39,180 nucleotides of DNA, taken from NCBI GenBank assembly GCA_003555465.1, contig PWIB01000007.1, positions 1-39,180 of the forward strand, given 5' to 3'. A program made the translations under genes and the position numbers. Under the pieces are notes generated by a model. That model was not told the DNA's origin, made no database searches, and saw only the letters and a list, made by a program, of their open reading frames with translations. Shown here in pieces: positions 16,042 to 23,635 of the stretch. Position 1 is the first letter of the stretch. Every line of letters starts with the position of its first letter. Source of the stretch: Candidatus Aenigmatarchaeota archaeon (GTDB taxonomy: Archaea > Aenigmatarchaeota > Aenigmatarchaeia > PWEA01).

Positions 16042-19000
16042 TCACACCTTCTGAACATGTCCGGGTCTCGGTTCGAATATCATACCTTTGTTTTTCATCT
16101 CTTTTATTAGCTTGTCCGGCTTACTTAAACCTTCCTCCTCCAGAGCCGAAAGCAGATCTTCCTCGGGGATGTTCTTACCAAGGTCCTCCTCCAGGTTGTC
16201 CAGAACCTCCATAACCTTGCTCATCTTCGACCGCTCCGAGGCAGGGGTTCCCCCTTCAGCCCTGTCTATATCTATCTCGTGCGTCTCAGGATCCATTCCA
16301 AGCTGCTTTATAGAGTGCTTCATAAGCTTTATCGCACGCTGTGCATCCTCCTTCTTGACCTCTTCGTCCAGCCTCACCTTTGCCGAAGCCTCGGCCAGTC
16401 TCTGCAAGGCCTCGTACTGCCTCAAGGTTATAGGAACAGTGTCGCTCTCTGCGTCGACGTACTTGTTCCTCATATCCACGTAGAAGTTCTTCAGGGTCGC
16501 TGCGGCCTTCTTAGTCATCTGTGGCCTGCAGTTCCTCCTCGCGTAGGAGATGTATTTCTTCAGAAAGTCTATATCTATAAGAGGTTCAGCCTGGCTCTCG
16601 TCGCCAACTCTAGAGTCTATTATATGGTCTACGATCTTTTCGTCCCTGTCTCTGTCAGGCACGTCACGCAGTGCGAACTTCAGATCGAAACGTGAAAGTA
16701 AAGTATCGGGAATATCTATCTGCTCGGCTATAGGCCTGTATGGATCGAAACGGGAGAACTTGGGATTAGCACCACCGATTATAGAAGTTTCGGCAGGAAG
16801 CGTCGCCTGTATGGTCGCCTTGCTTATCGAAACTGTGTTATGTAAGACCATACCATTGGAGATAAAGGTTCTGCCCGGAACTGTAACATCGTAGACCATG
16901 TCCACGTCACTGGGAACCTTCTCGACAGCTTCGACTTGAACCCAACCCACTTCACTATCCACTATGTGGCCAAGGAACTCTATTTTTGTCTTCACCTGAA
17001 GCCTTTCCTTGAGAATTTGTTCCAGAACCTCCCTGTATTCCTCAAGCTCGGTGGAGTTATCCTCACGGTAGTAAACTGTTGAGTTTGAAACGCCAAGTTC
17101 TTCAGCTATAACGTCAACCCCAACTCCGAACTCACGTCTAACTTTTCTCAGTTCTTCACCCTTTAGTGGAAGAGAATTGACAGTGTTCAAGAGTTCTATG
17201 TACCTTTCCTCTAACTTTGACAATACTCTCTTTAGTGTAGGACGGGTAAAATTGAGGTTATTGTTTTCGTACTCTTCAAGGGACCATCCAACTGCCTCCT
17301 CCCTCGACATATTCAAATCCTCAAGAACCGACGTAAAAAGACCGCCGACTTCAGGAACAGTCTCAAAAAGGTTCTTCCGCAAAGACTTATCACCATCAAG
17401 ATAATCCCGAAGTCTTTGGTTCTCTTCTTCCTTGAGGAATCCTATCTCCTTCGCAAACTTACTGATGGAGTTTTGGCCGGTAACAGCCACTCTATATATC
17501 TTTTTCCCGGATTCTGCTTCCGAGGTTCTTATCTTACTAGGTATCGAAAACCGTAGAAGGAGGTCTGATATCTGCCTCGAAAGTTCCTCGGAAGAAGTGG
17601 TATAAACTACCTCCAGTCCACGGTCCTTGCTGACAATACCACCGTCCCCGGCAAAAGCCCGTCTGAGAAGATGTCTGATGTCCTTCTTACTGCATTTCAT
17701 TATCTTCTCCGGGATCCTCTTTTCATCATGCTTTACTAGAAGATCCTCACCTAGGCTATTAACAAAGTCTCGGAGTCTAGAGGATACGTACCTAAGCGTA
17801 GTCCTTTTCGAACCACGGTCGTTCCTCTCTCTCTCATAGGCTTCCAGACCGAAAAGATTCTCCATCAAAGATCTGAAATCCTCCAGTAGGTAAGGATCGG
17901 AGTTTGTAAAGTTAAGTCCGTTCTTGTTGCCGCGGTTCAACTCATAACCACAGTCAGATACTATATAGCCGATAAGGGAGCAGAGCTCGGGTGAGTTGTG
18001 TTCAGGAACTTTTATCTCCTTCGAGTTTGGATGGAAATCATCTACCTCTTCAAGTTCCTGTTCCTCTCCCTCTATCGGAAGGTTAAGTGGAACGGGAACC
18101 CAACTACCTTCCTCGACTTCATCGGCCCTGGAAGTAGTTATTTCACCATCCTTTATGGCCCAGACAGGATGTTCAGGGGTAACCTTGACTTCTCTTCCTG
18201 AAGAAGTCTTTATAACGTAAAAGTTATCAGGAGCCCCGTGTCTGCTGAGACGGGACGGCTTTCTAGGGTAAATAGATGAGAAATCTGTAGAAAGAAGATT
18301 TAAATCATCTTCCTCTGAAATCTCCAACATCTCACAGTCCTCACCTTCAACCACCTCCTCTTCATTGTCTTCCATGAAACTGTCAACAAGGTCGCCGATT
18401 TTTTCTGAGGAGCCATCAGGAAACAAAAGCTCGAAGTCGGGGTGGTAGCTCTGCGTCGACATGGCCTCATGCAGGTTAACCTGATCCTCCTTGGACATCT
18501 TGTCGAACTCGTCTATACAGAGGACGCCTTTGTTGGCGAGGACAAGAGCCCCAGCTTCTAGAACCCAGCCACCCATAAGCTCCTCATCCCTGACTACGGT
18601 CGCGGTATTATGAACTACCAAACCATTGGCCATAAATGAATGGCCGTCCTCTACTGTCAGATCGTAGACCCAGTCATCACCATCTTCAACAACATTGATC
18701 TCCTTAATACCATCGAAGTAAAGATCTGAATTTGCAATACGAGAAAGTTTTTCCACAGCCTCGTTGCTTCCATGTGATTTGAGTTCTTCAACAATCTCCT
18801 CCAACTTTCTCCTGGAAATATCCCTTCTATCCCTCTCATAGGAATAATTCTTGTAACCGTAAACCTCTTTTGCTGAAAGACCCAGGCCTTCCCGAGCTTC
18901 CTTGAGAAGGTCTCCTATGCCAGGTACCAAATCTACGTTTGTATGATACTCATCTATAGAATCAATTATTCTTTGAAGTTTTTCATCCTTCGAGGAAAGA

Positions 19001-21321
19001 TTGAACCCTATCTTTTCATTAAATCTCTCCAAATTTTCCTTCCCTTTTATCTCTAATGTATATTTTGGTGCAGACCTTATCTCTTCTCCTCTTATCTCAG
19101 AAACAGTCGGGTCCCTTTTTCTAATCTTTGATCTGATTCCAAAACGAAGCAAGAGAAGCCTTATCTGCCTAAGGTATTCTTTTGAGGATTGGGTCAAGTC
19201 TATATAACTAGCCCCATTATCTCTCTCTATTGCAGAGCCATCAGCATCAAAAAGCCCACTAATAAAGGGTGATATAAGTTTGTTTGGCAATTTTGAAAGG
19301 GCTCCAGAAACTTCAATCCTTTCCTTTTTCTCGCCTATAGGAATTCCCAAGCTCTGGCTTAGAGATCCAAATATTTTTGAGGCAAACCTTAATTGTGGAG
19401 TTTTTTCATCTTCCCTGTAAATACTTGATTCGATATTGAAGCTCCGAAGAGTTGACTCGGCCTGCTGTAAAACCTCGGACTCTGAATTAGTTAACCTTAA
19501 ACCAATACCACCGTAAGAAGTGCTATAAACATCACCATCTCCAGCAAGTAGGCCCTGCAAGTACATCATTTCCCCATCAATTTCCTTATGAAGTTCTATC
19601 TCATGTCCATTCCTTTGAGAAAGTTCAAGTATAGAAGGGAGATTTTCTTGTAAGCTGTTTCCGGTATACTCTGCAATCCTATCCAAATCTTTCAGCCTCG
19701 GAGCTCCTCTCAAATCGTCGTCCCTCCAATCATGATAAAGTCCGTCTTCAGAAATCCCTGTTTTCTGAGAAAAATTCCTTATGCCGCCATTGTTTCTGAG
19801 ATCTTCTGCAAAAGTTTGAACCGTCTCAGAGGAGTTCTGGAGCCTAGCTGTTTGGTCAATAATACGTGGGAGAAAGCTGCTATTTTCCTCGGGCTTGGTA
19901 TTTATTCTTCTCGGCACAGCCAAAAGCTCCTCCTTATCAACATCTTTAGCTTTCTTCCATTTTATCTCACCAGAATCAAATACTGGGAGAGGGTTATCAG
20001 GAGTCACAGTCACCTCTCTACCGGAGTAAGTCTCTACTTCGTAAAGCTTCTTCGGTGCTCTTATCTTCCAGAACTGAGAAACCTCCATTGGCCTTATCTT
20101 CATTGAATCTTTGTCGAAAGCCAGTATCTCCATAGAACTTGGATTAGAGGACTTGAATATCCCTTCTTCGTGCTTTTTTCTTCCGTTTTCATCAAACTCC
20201 TCTTCCACAACGTCTCTTATTTCTCTCATCTCACCATCATTCAGCGTAACAAGTGTATCTCCTGTCACACAGAGCCCAGCTGCCGTAGTTCCCTTTCCGG
20301 AAGCGTACTTACCTCGTGGAAGCATCTCCGCAGCAAGCTTAAGCATCTGCGTCTTACCAGCACTTGGATCCCCGACAAACAGAATATGTATGTCTCCACG
20401 TATCTTGGTTCCGTCCTCCAGTCTATGCGGCACACCACCGAAAAGCTGGAGTATTATAGACTCCTTCTCCTCCTCCAATCCGTACATGGAAGGAGCAAGT
20501 GACTTTACGAGCTTTTCATATATATTGTCGCTGTTTGCAAGCTCCCGTATCTTCTCTTCCTCTTCCTCCGTGACTTCCATCTCCTCGAAGGTAACCTCCT
20601 TGGGGTTTACCCAGTTAGCTTCAAGAAAGATATCAAGCTTCTTCGTCTTCTTGCCTTGAATACGCTTAGGCATCTCCCTTACTCTTCCCGTAAGCTCGAG
20701 TCGAGTTCCGGGATCTGTCCTCCTCTGCATCTTAGGTGTTGTAAGACCGTCCTTGAGGTAAACGGAGACCTCCCCAGGCTTTTCACCTGAGACCTTCTCA
20801 AACAGATCCTCCATATGTATCCACCTCGCGTCGCTCAGCTCCCTGTCCACCTGGTTGAATCCACGCTTACGGCCGCAGTCACAGCGAGAAGGATAACTCA
20901 TCCTCTTCTTCATCTGCGGAACCTCCATGGTTTCGCCACAGTCAGGACACTCAAAGATAGCGACCTCCAGCTCCGGCTTGACCTCCGAGGCTCTTTTAAC
21001 TGTACCCTCTACCTTCACGAACTTCCCCAGGTGCTTGCTCCTCAGGTCCTTTATCCTCGTCTTTTCATCATCAGGTATATTCTCCACACGAACATTGAGA
21101 CTGACCTCCTTGTCCGTGCCGAGGTCTATCTCATCGATAGCGTCCTCGGCAGCGTCGAAGAAGTCCTTCGGGTTCTCAAGCAGCTCTTCCGTCAGCTCGT
21201 GACCTGCATACTTGTCCAGTTCCTTGAAGTCTATAAGAACGAAGTCCTCGTCCTCTCTAACCGCCTCCAGAAGGTCCTCTTCGTAGAACTTTCTGAAAAA
21301 CTCCTCAAGCTCTTCGATCAT
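16042..21321 (-). CDS. mcm: MCM replicative helicase interrupted by two inteins (spliced length about 666 aa)
   Basis: Zinc motif CPDCG...CDCG, Walker A GDPSAGKTQ, Walker B CIDEFDKM, arginine finger SRFDL, and a C-terminal winged helix. The start is the ATG at 21321 (MIEELEEFF). The first 58 codons of the track ORF are an upstream artefact. Confidence 0.95.
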   Translation of the reverse strand: MIEELEEFFRKFYEEDLLEAVREDEDFVLIDFKELDKYAGHELTEELLENPKDFFDAAEDAIDEIDLGTDKEVSLNVRVENIPDDEKTRIKDLRSKHLGKFVKVEGTVKRASEVKPELEVAIFECPDCGETMEVPQMKKRMSYPSRCDCGRKRGFNQVDRELSDARWIHMEDLFEKVSGEKPGEVSVYLKDGLTTPKMQRRTDPGTRLELTGRVREMPKRIQGKKTKKLDIFLEANWVNPKEVTFEEMEVTEEEEEKIRELANSDNIYEKLVKSLAPSMYGLEEEKESIILQLFGGVPHRLEDGTKIRGDIHILFVGDPSAGKTQMLKLAAEMLPRGKYASGKGTTAAGLCVTGDTLVTLNDGEMREIRDVVEEEFDENGRKKHEEGIFKSSNPSSMEILAFDKDSMKIRPMEVSQFWKIRAPKKLYEVETYSGREVTVTPDNPLPVFDSGEIKWKKAKDVDKEELLAVPRRINTKPEENSSFLPRIIDQTARLQNSSETVQTFAEDLRNNGGIRNFSQKTGISEDGLYHDWRDDDLRGAPRLKDLDRIAEYTGNSLQENLPSILELSQRNGHEIELHKEIDGEMMYLQGLLAGDGDVYSTSYGGIGLRLTNSESEVLQQAESTLRSFNIESSIYREDEKTPQLRFASKIFGSLSQSLGIPIGEKKERIEVSGALSKLPNKLISPFISGLFDADGSAIERDNGASYIDLTQSSKEYLRQIRLLLLRFGIRSKIRKRDPTVSEIRGEEIRSAPKYTLEIKGKENLERFNEKIGFNLSSKDEKLQRIIDSIDEYHTNVDLVPGIGDLLKEAREGLGLSAKEVYGYKNYSYERDRRDISRRKLEEIVEELKSHGSNEAVEKLSRIANSDLYFDGIKEINVVEDGDDWVYDLTVEDGHSFMANGLVVHNTATVVRDEELMGGWVLEAGALVLANKGVLCIDEFDKMSKEDQVNLHEAMSTQSYHPDFELLFPDGSSEKIGDLVDSFMEDNEEEVVEGEDCEMLEISEEDDLNLLSTDFSSIYPRKPSRLSRHGAPDNFYVIKTSSGREVKVTPEHPVWAIKDGEITTSRADEVEEGSWVPVPLNLPIEGEEQELEEVDDFHPNSKEIKVPEHNSPELCSLIGYIVSDCGYELNRGNKNGLNFTNSDPYLLEDFRSLMENLFGLEAYERERNDRGSKRTTLRYVSSRLRDFVNSLGEDLLVKHDEKRIPEKIMKCSKKDIRHLLRRAFAGDGGIVSKDRGLEVVYTTSSEELSRQISDLLLRFSIPSKIRTSEAESGKKIYRVAVTGQNSISKFAKEIGFLKEEENQRLRDYLDGDKSLRKNLFETVPEVGGLFTSVLEDLNMSREEAVGWSLEEYENNNLNFTRPTLKRVLSKLEERYIELLNTVNSLPLKGEELRKVRREFGVGVDVIAEELGVSNSTVYYREDNSTELEEYREVLEQILKERLQVKTKIEFLGHIVDSEVGWVQVEAVEKVPSDVDMVYDVTVPGRTFISNGMVLHNTVSISKATIQATLPAETSIIGGANPKFSRFDPYRPIAEQIDIPDTLLSRFDLKFALRDVPDRDRDEKIVDHIIDSRVGDESQAEPLIDIDFLKKYISYARRNCRPQMTKKAAATLKNFYVDMRNKYVDAESDTVPITLRQYEALQRLAEASAKVRLDEEVKKEDAQRAIKLMKHSIKQLGMDPETHEIDIDRAEGGTPASERSKMSKVMEVLDNLEEDLGKNIPEEDLLSALEEEGLSKPDKLIKEMKNKGMIFEPRPGHVQKV
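16837..18450 (-). mobile_element. MCM intein 2 (538 aa), Ser1 intein with LAGLIDADG-type endonuclease region
   Basis: Junction HEAMSTQ / SYHPDFELLFPDG ... SNGMVLHN / TVSISKATI. Excision restores HEAM..QT.SI.KA. Block B is VTPEHP. Endonuclease-like motifs are LIGYIVSDCGY and LLRRAFAGDGGI. An HTH-like stretch reads IAEELGVSNSTVYY. Confidence 0.85.
18607..20271 (-). mobile_element. MCM intein 1 (555 aa) with LAGLIDADG homing endonuclease
   Basis: Extein junction GKGTTAAGL / CVTGDTLV ... NGLVVHN / TATVVRDE. After excision the conserved GKG..AAGLTA.VVRD is restored. Endonuclease motifs are LQGLLAGDGDV and FISGLFDADGSA. The DNA is more AT-rich than the exteins. Confidence 0.9.
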
Positions 21322-21376
21322 ACCCAACAAACCCCGTAGTAAATAATCCCCAACTCTACTTAAATTTAACCCAATC

Positions 21377-21387
21377 AAAAAAAAAAA
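21377..21387 (-). terminator. oligo-T tract (T11 on the minus strand)
   Basis: A run of 11 A on the plus strand lies downstream of the stop of the secreted-protein gene and upstream of the mcm start. Archaeal terminators are oligo-T. Confidence 0.4.
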
Positions 21388-21504
21388 GACTTTGATACCA
21401 ATAACTATTACTTCTTCAATTGAATATAATTCAAAGGTCTGTCTACGCCTCTCAACATAAGAAAAAACTAAATAGTGTAAACTTACCCAAAACACTTAAA
21501 CTAA

Positions 21505-22137
21505 TCAGGCGGGACAAGTCCACGGTTCACTGGGTGCACAAACTGATTTGTAATCATCGTCGTCACAGTAACAGTTGTACCCATCGGGGCAATCCACATC
21601 ATCTAAATGACATTGCTTAAATATCCAATCATTGTCGTCGTCATTGTCGTCGTCATCGTCATCACAGACGTAATCGACATATCCTTTAGTAGCTGCATCC
21701 TCAGGATCTTCAGGCCAAGCAACATGAACTATGTGGTTCCCGCTCATGTCTACGGCGGAGGTAGCTGGATAATCCGGTAAGTATTTATCATAGACATGAT
21801 CAGATATTTCTATGCAGGTATAACTTCCGTCGTCTTTTATCTCATTCACTACTTCTCCGTCTTCAGGACAAGCATCGTCAAAGAAGTCGGAAAGTTGATC
21901 GATGTTAGTAATATTTTTTCCGTCCATATTCAAGTTCTGGGCAGCTCCTTCACTCAGTTCTATCTCGCCTACGGGATGGCCCTGTGATGGGTTGGGGTTG
22001 CTGGTCGTGGCAGCTTCCATGCCTTCTGCTTCTCCGGCTTGTCCGGAGGCCGCCATTACTCCTGTGGCTGATATCATGATTGCTGCGAGGAGAACTATGA
22101 GTGCGTGCTGCTTTTCTATGTTCAGGACGAGCTTCAT
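21505..22137 (-). CDS. secreted acidic Cys-rich protein with poly-Asp tract
   Basis: Sec-type signal MKLVLNIEKQHALIVLLAAIMISATGVMA/AS. Contains LNMDGKNITNI and VDMSGNHIVHVAWPEDPEDAATKGYVDY, then CDDDDDDNDDDND and a Cys-rich tail. Nine Cys in total. Confidence 0.6.
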   Translation of the reverse strand: MKLVLNIEKQHALIVLLAAIMISATGVMAASGQAGEAEGMEAATTSNPNPSQGHPVGEIELSEGAAQNLNMDGKNITNIDQLSDFFDDACPEDGEVVNEIKDDGSYTCIEISDHVYDKYLPDYPATSAVDMSGNHIVHVAWPEDPEDAATKGYVDYVCDDDDDDNDDDNDWIFKQCHLDDVDCPDGYNCYCDDDDYKSVCAPSEPWTCPA

Positions 22138-22207
22138 TGTTGTATAGTTGTGGTTTTGTGTTTATAAAAATGATAGCTATAAGAATAAAAAGAAAAGAGA
22201 TGGGGAT

Positions 22208-22750
22208 TTAGAGGGCGTCTATTTCTTCTAGGTCTTCTTCTACCCTCTTGACTGCTTCCTTGACGTCGTCGATGGAACGTCCTCCTGTACAGACAATCTT
22301 TCCTGAACCGAACAGTAGGAAAGCCGCTTCCGGTTCCTCTATCCTGTAAACCAAGCCTGGGAACTGCTCCGGTTCGTACTCCGCATTTCTGAGCGTGAAA
22401 GCGATCTCGTTGAGCCTCAGCTTTCCGTCGAGCTGTGCTGAAGCGACGATGTTCTGGATCTTTATGTCCGTAACCTCGTCTACGTCGACCCCTGCTTTCC
22501 TTACACCTTCTAGAACCTTGTCTATCGCTTCTCTGGCTCCTTCGGGCGAGTTAGCTCCTGTACAGACTATCTTCCCTGAGTTGAAGATCAGCGCCGCAGC
22601 GTTTGGATCGTTCATCCTGTAAACGAGTCCTGGAAACTGCTCCGGTTCGTACTCCGTCCCAGGAAGGTGTGCAACCACCTGGTTAAGTGGAATCTTCGCG
22701 CTGAGAGTCGCGGACGCGACAACGTTCTCTATTTTAAGTTCATCAACCAT
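22208..22750 (-). CDS. tbp: TATA-box binding protein
   Basis: 180 aa. Two direct repeats with IENVVAS...EYEPEQFPGLVYR...SGKIVCTG and IQNIVAS...EYEPEQFPGLVYR...SGKIVCTG. Confidence 0.95.
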   Translation of the reverse strand: MVDELKIENVVASATLSAKIPLNQVVAHLPGTEYEPEQFPGLVYRMNDPNAAALIFNSGKIVCTGANSPEGAREAIDKVLEGVRKAGVDVDEVTDIKIQNIVASAQLDGKLRLNEIAFTLRNAEYEPEQFPGLVYRIEEPEAAFLLFGSGKIVCTGGRSIDDVKEAVKRVEEDLEEIDAL

Positions 22751-22801
22751 GTAGAATTCACCCGGTTTTTAAACCAGCACTTTACATATTGTTAAAAGGG
22801 G

Positions 22802-22822
22802 TTTATAAAGGTTTTATAAAGG
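22802..22822. promoter_or_regulatory. tandem exact TTTATAAAGG boxes in the tbp / minD divergent spacer
   Basis: TTTATAAAGG occurs at 22802-22811 and again at 22813-22822. A third TATA-like element, TTTTTATACC, lies at 22832-22841, about 32 nt before the minD ATG. Confidence 0.4.
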
Positions 22823-22872
22823 GTTGAAATGTTTTTATACCAAGAAGACAAAAACAACCGTAGTGGGGTCAC

Positions 22873-23634
22873 ATGACCGAGGTTATATCCGTAGTTTCTG
22901 GGAAAGGCGGTACAGGTAAAACGTTCACAGCCGCTAACCTCTCCCTTGCTTTACAGAACTTCGGAGAGCAGGTCGTTTGTTTGGACACAGACCTCGACTC
23001 TCCCAACCTGGCTCTTCAGCTGGGCCACACGCCCGAAGACCATACTATAGAGGACGTGCTGAGAGGTGAGGTAAGCGAGCTCAAGGGCGTAAACGTACAC
23101 GACTCCGGCTTAATGTTTGTACCCTCCTCCCTCCACCTCACCGACGACACGGTTTCCGAGGAAAGGATAAGGGAAATGGTGGACAGGTTTTCAAGCTTCG
23201 CCGACAGGACCGTTATAGACGCACCCCCAGGATTCAACGAAGGTTTCTACAGCAGCATGAGGAACTCGGACAGGATGCTGGTGGTCACAAATCCTGAATA
23301 CCAGGCTATAAACGATGTCAGAAAGATTGCTGAGGAAGCCGAGAAGCATGGAGTCAATATAGAAGGCGTAGTATTGAACAAGGTCGAAGGAATGCTGGAG
23401 GAAGCGAGCAAGGAGGAAATAGAGAAAACGACAGGTCTGGATGTGATTCAAACCATACCGCACCACAAGGAAGTGAGGAAAAGTATACACCAGATGGAAC
23501 CCGTCGCTTCGGACCCGCATTCGAAGATAGGGCACAGCTTCAGGGAGCTAGCTGCGAACATGACCGACAGGGAGTTCAAGGCTCCGTGGTACTCGAAAAT
23601 CGTCAGAAGCTGGAAAAAGCTTACAAGAAGATAA
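22873..23634 (+). CDS. minD: MinD/ParA-family P-loop ATPase
   Basis: Deviant Walker A SGKGGTGKT, DTDLDSPN and VIDAPPG. The basic amphipathic C-terminus is YSKIVRSWKKLTRR. Confidence 0.85.
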   Translation: MTEVISVVSGKGGTGKTFTAANLSLALQNFGEQVVCLDTDLDSPNLALQLGHTPEDHTIEDVLRGEVSELKGVNVHDSGLMFVPSSLHLTDDTVSEERIREMVDRFSSFADRTVIDAPPGFNEGFYSSMRNSDRMLVVTNPEYQAINDVRKIAEEAEKHGVNIEGVVLNKVEGMLEEASKEEIEKTTGLDVIQTIPHHKEVRKSIHQMEPVASDPHSKIGHSFRELAANMTDREFKAPWYSKIVRSWKKLTRR

Positions 23635-23635
23635 T

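Noticed and set aside
16061-16080. A tRNA T-arm-like string ggttcgaat (and a similar one near 14964-14980)
   Set aside because: Both lie in frame inside coding sequence and encode the FEPRPG winged-helix tails. No acceptor or anticodon stems surround them. I found no tRNA anywhere in the window.
21322-21495. The N-terminal 58 codons of the 1817-aa track ORF (MFWVSLHYLVFSY...)
   Set aside because: The composition is hydrophobic junk, it has no MCM homology, and it covers an AT-rich promoter-like spacer that includes an A11/T11 run. The MCM N-terminus begins naturally at MIEELEEFF (ATG at 21321).
21322-21504. A possible replication origin upstream of mcm (an AT-rich spacer, the palindrome TTCAATTGAA at 21415-21424 and an A11 run)
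   Set aside because: There are no repeated ORB or mini-ORB-like elements, no adjacent orc1/cdc6, and the spacer is only 180 nt. It is better explained as terminator plus promoter between two co-oriented genes.
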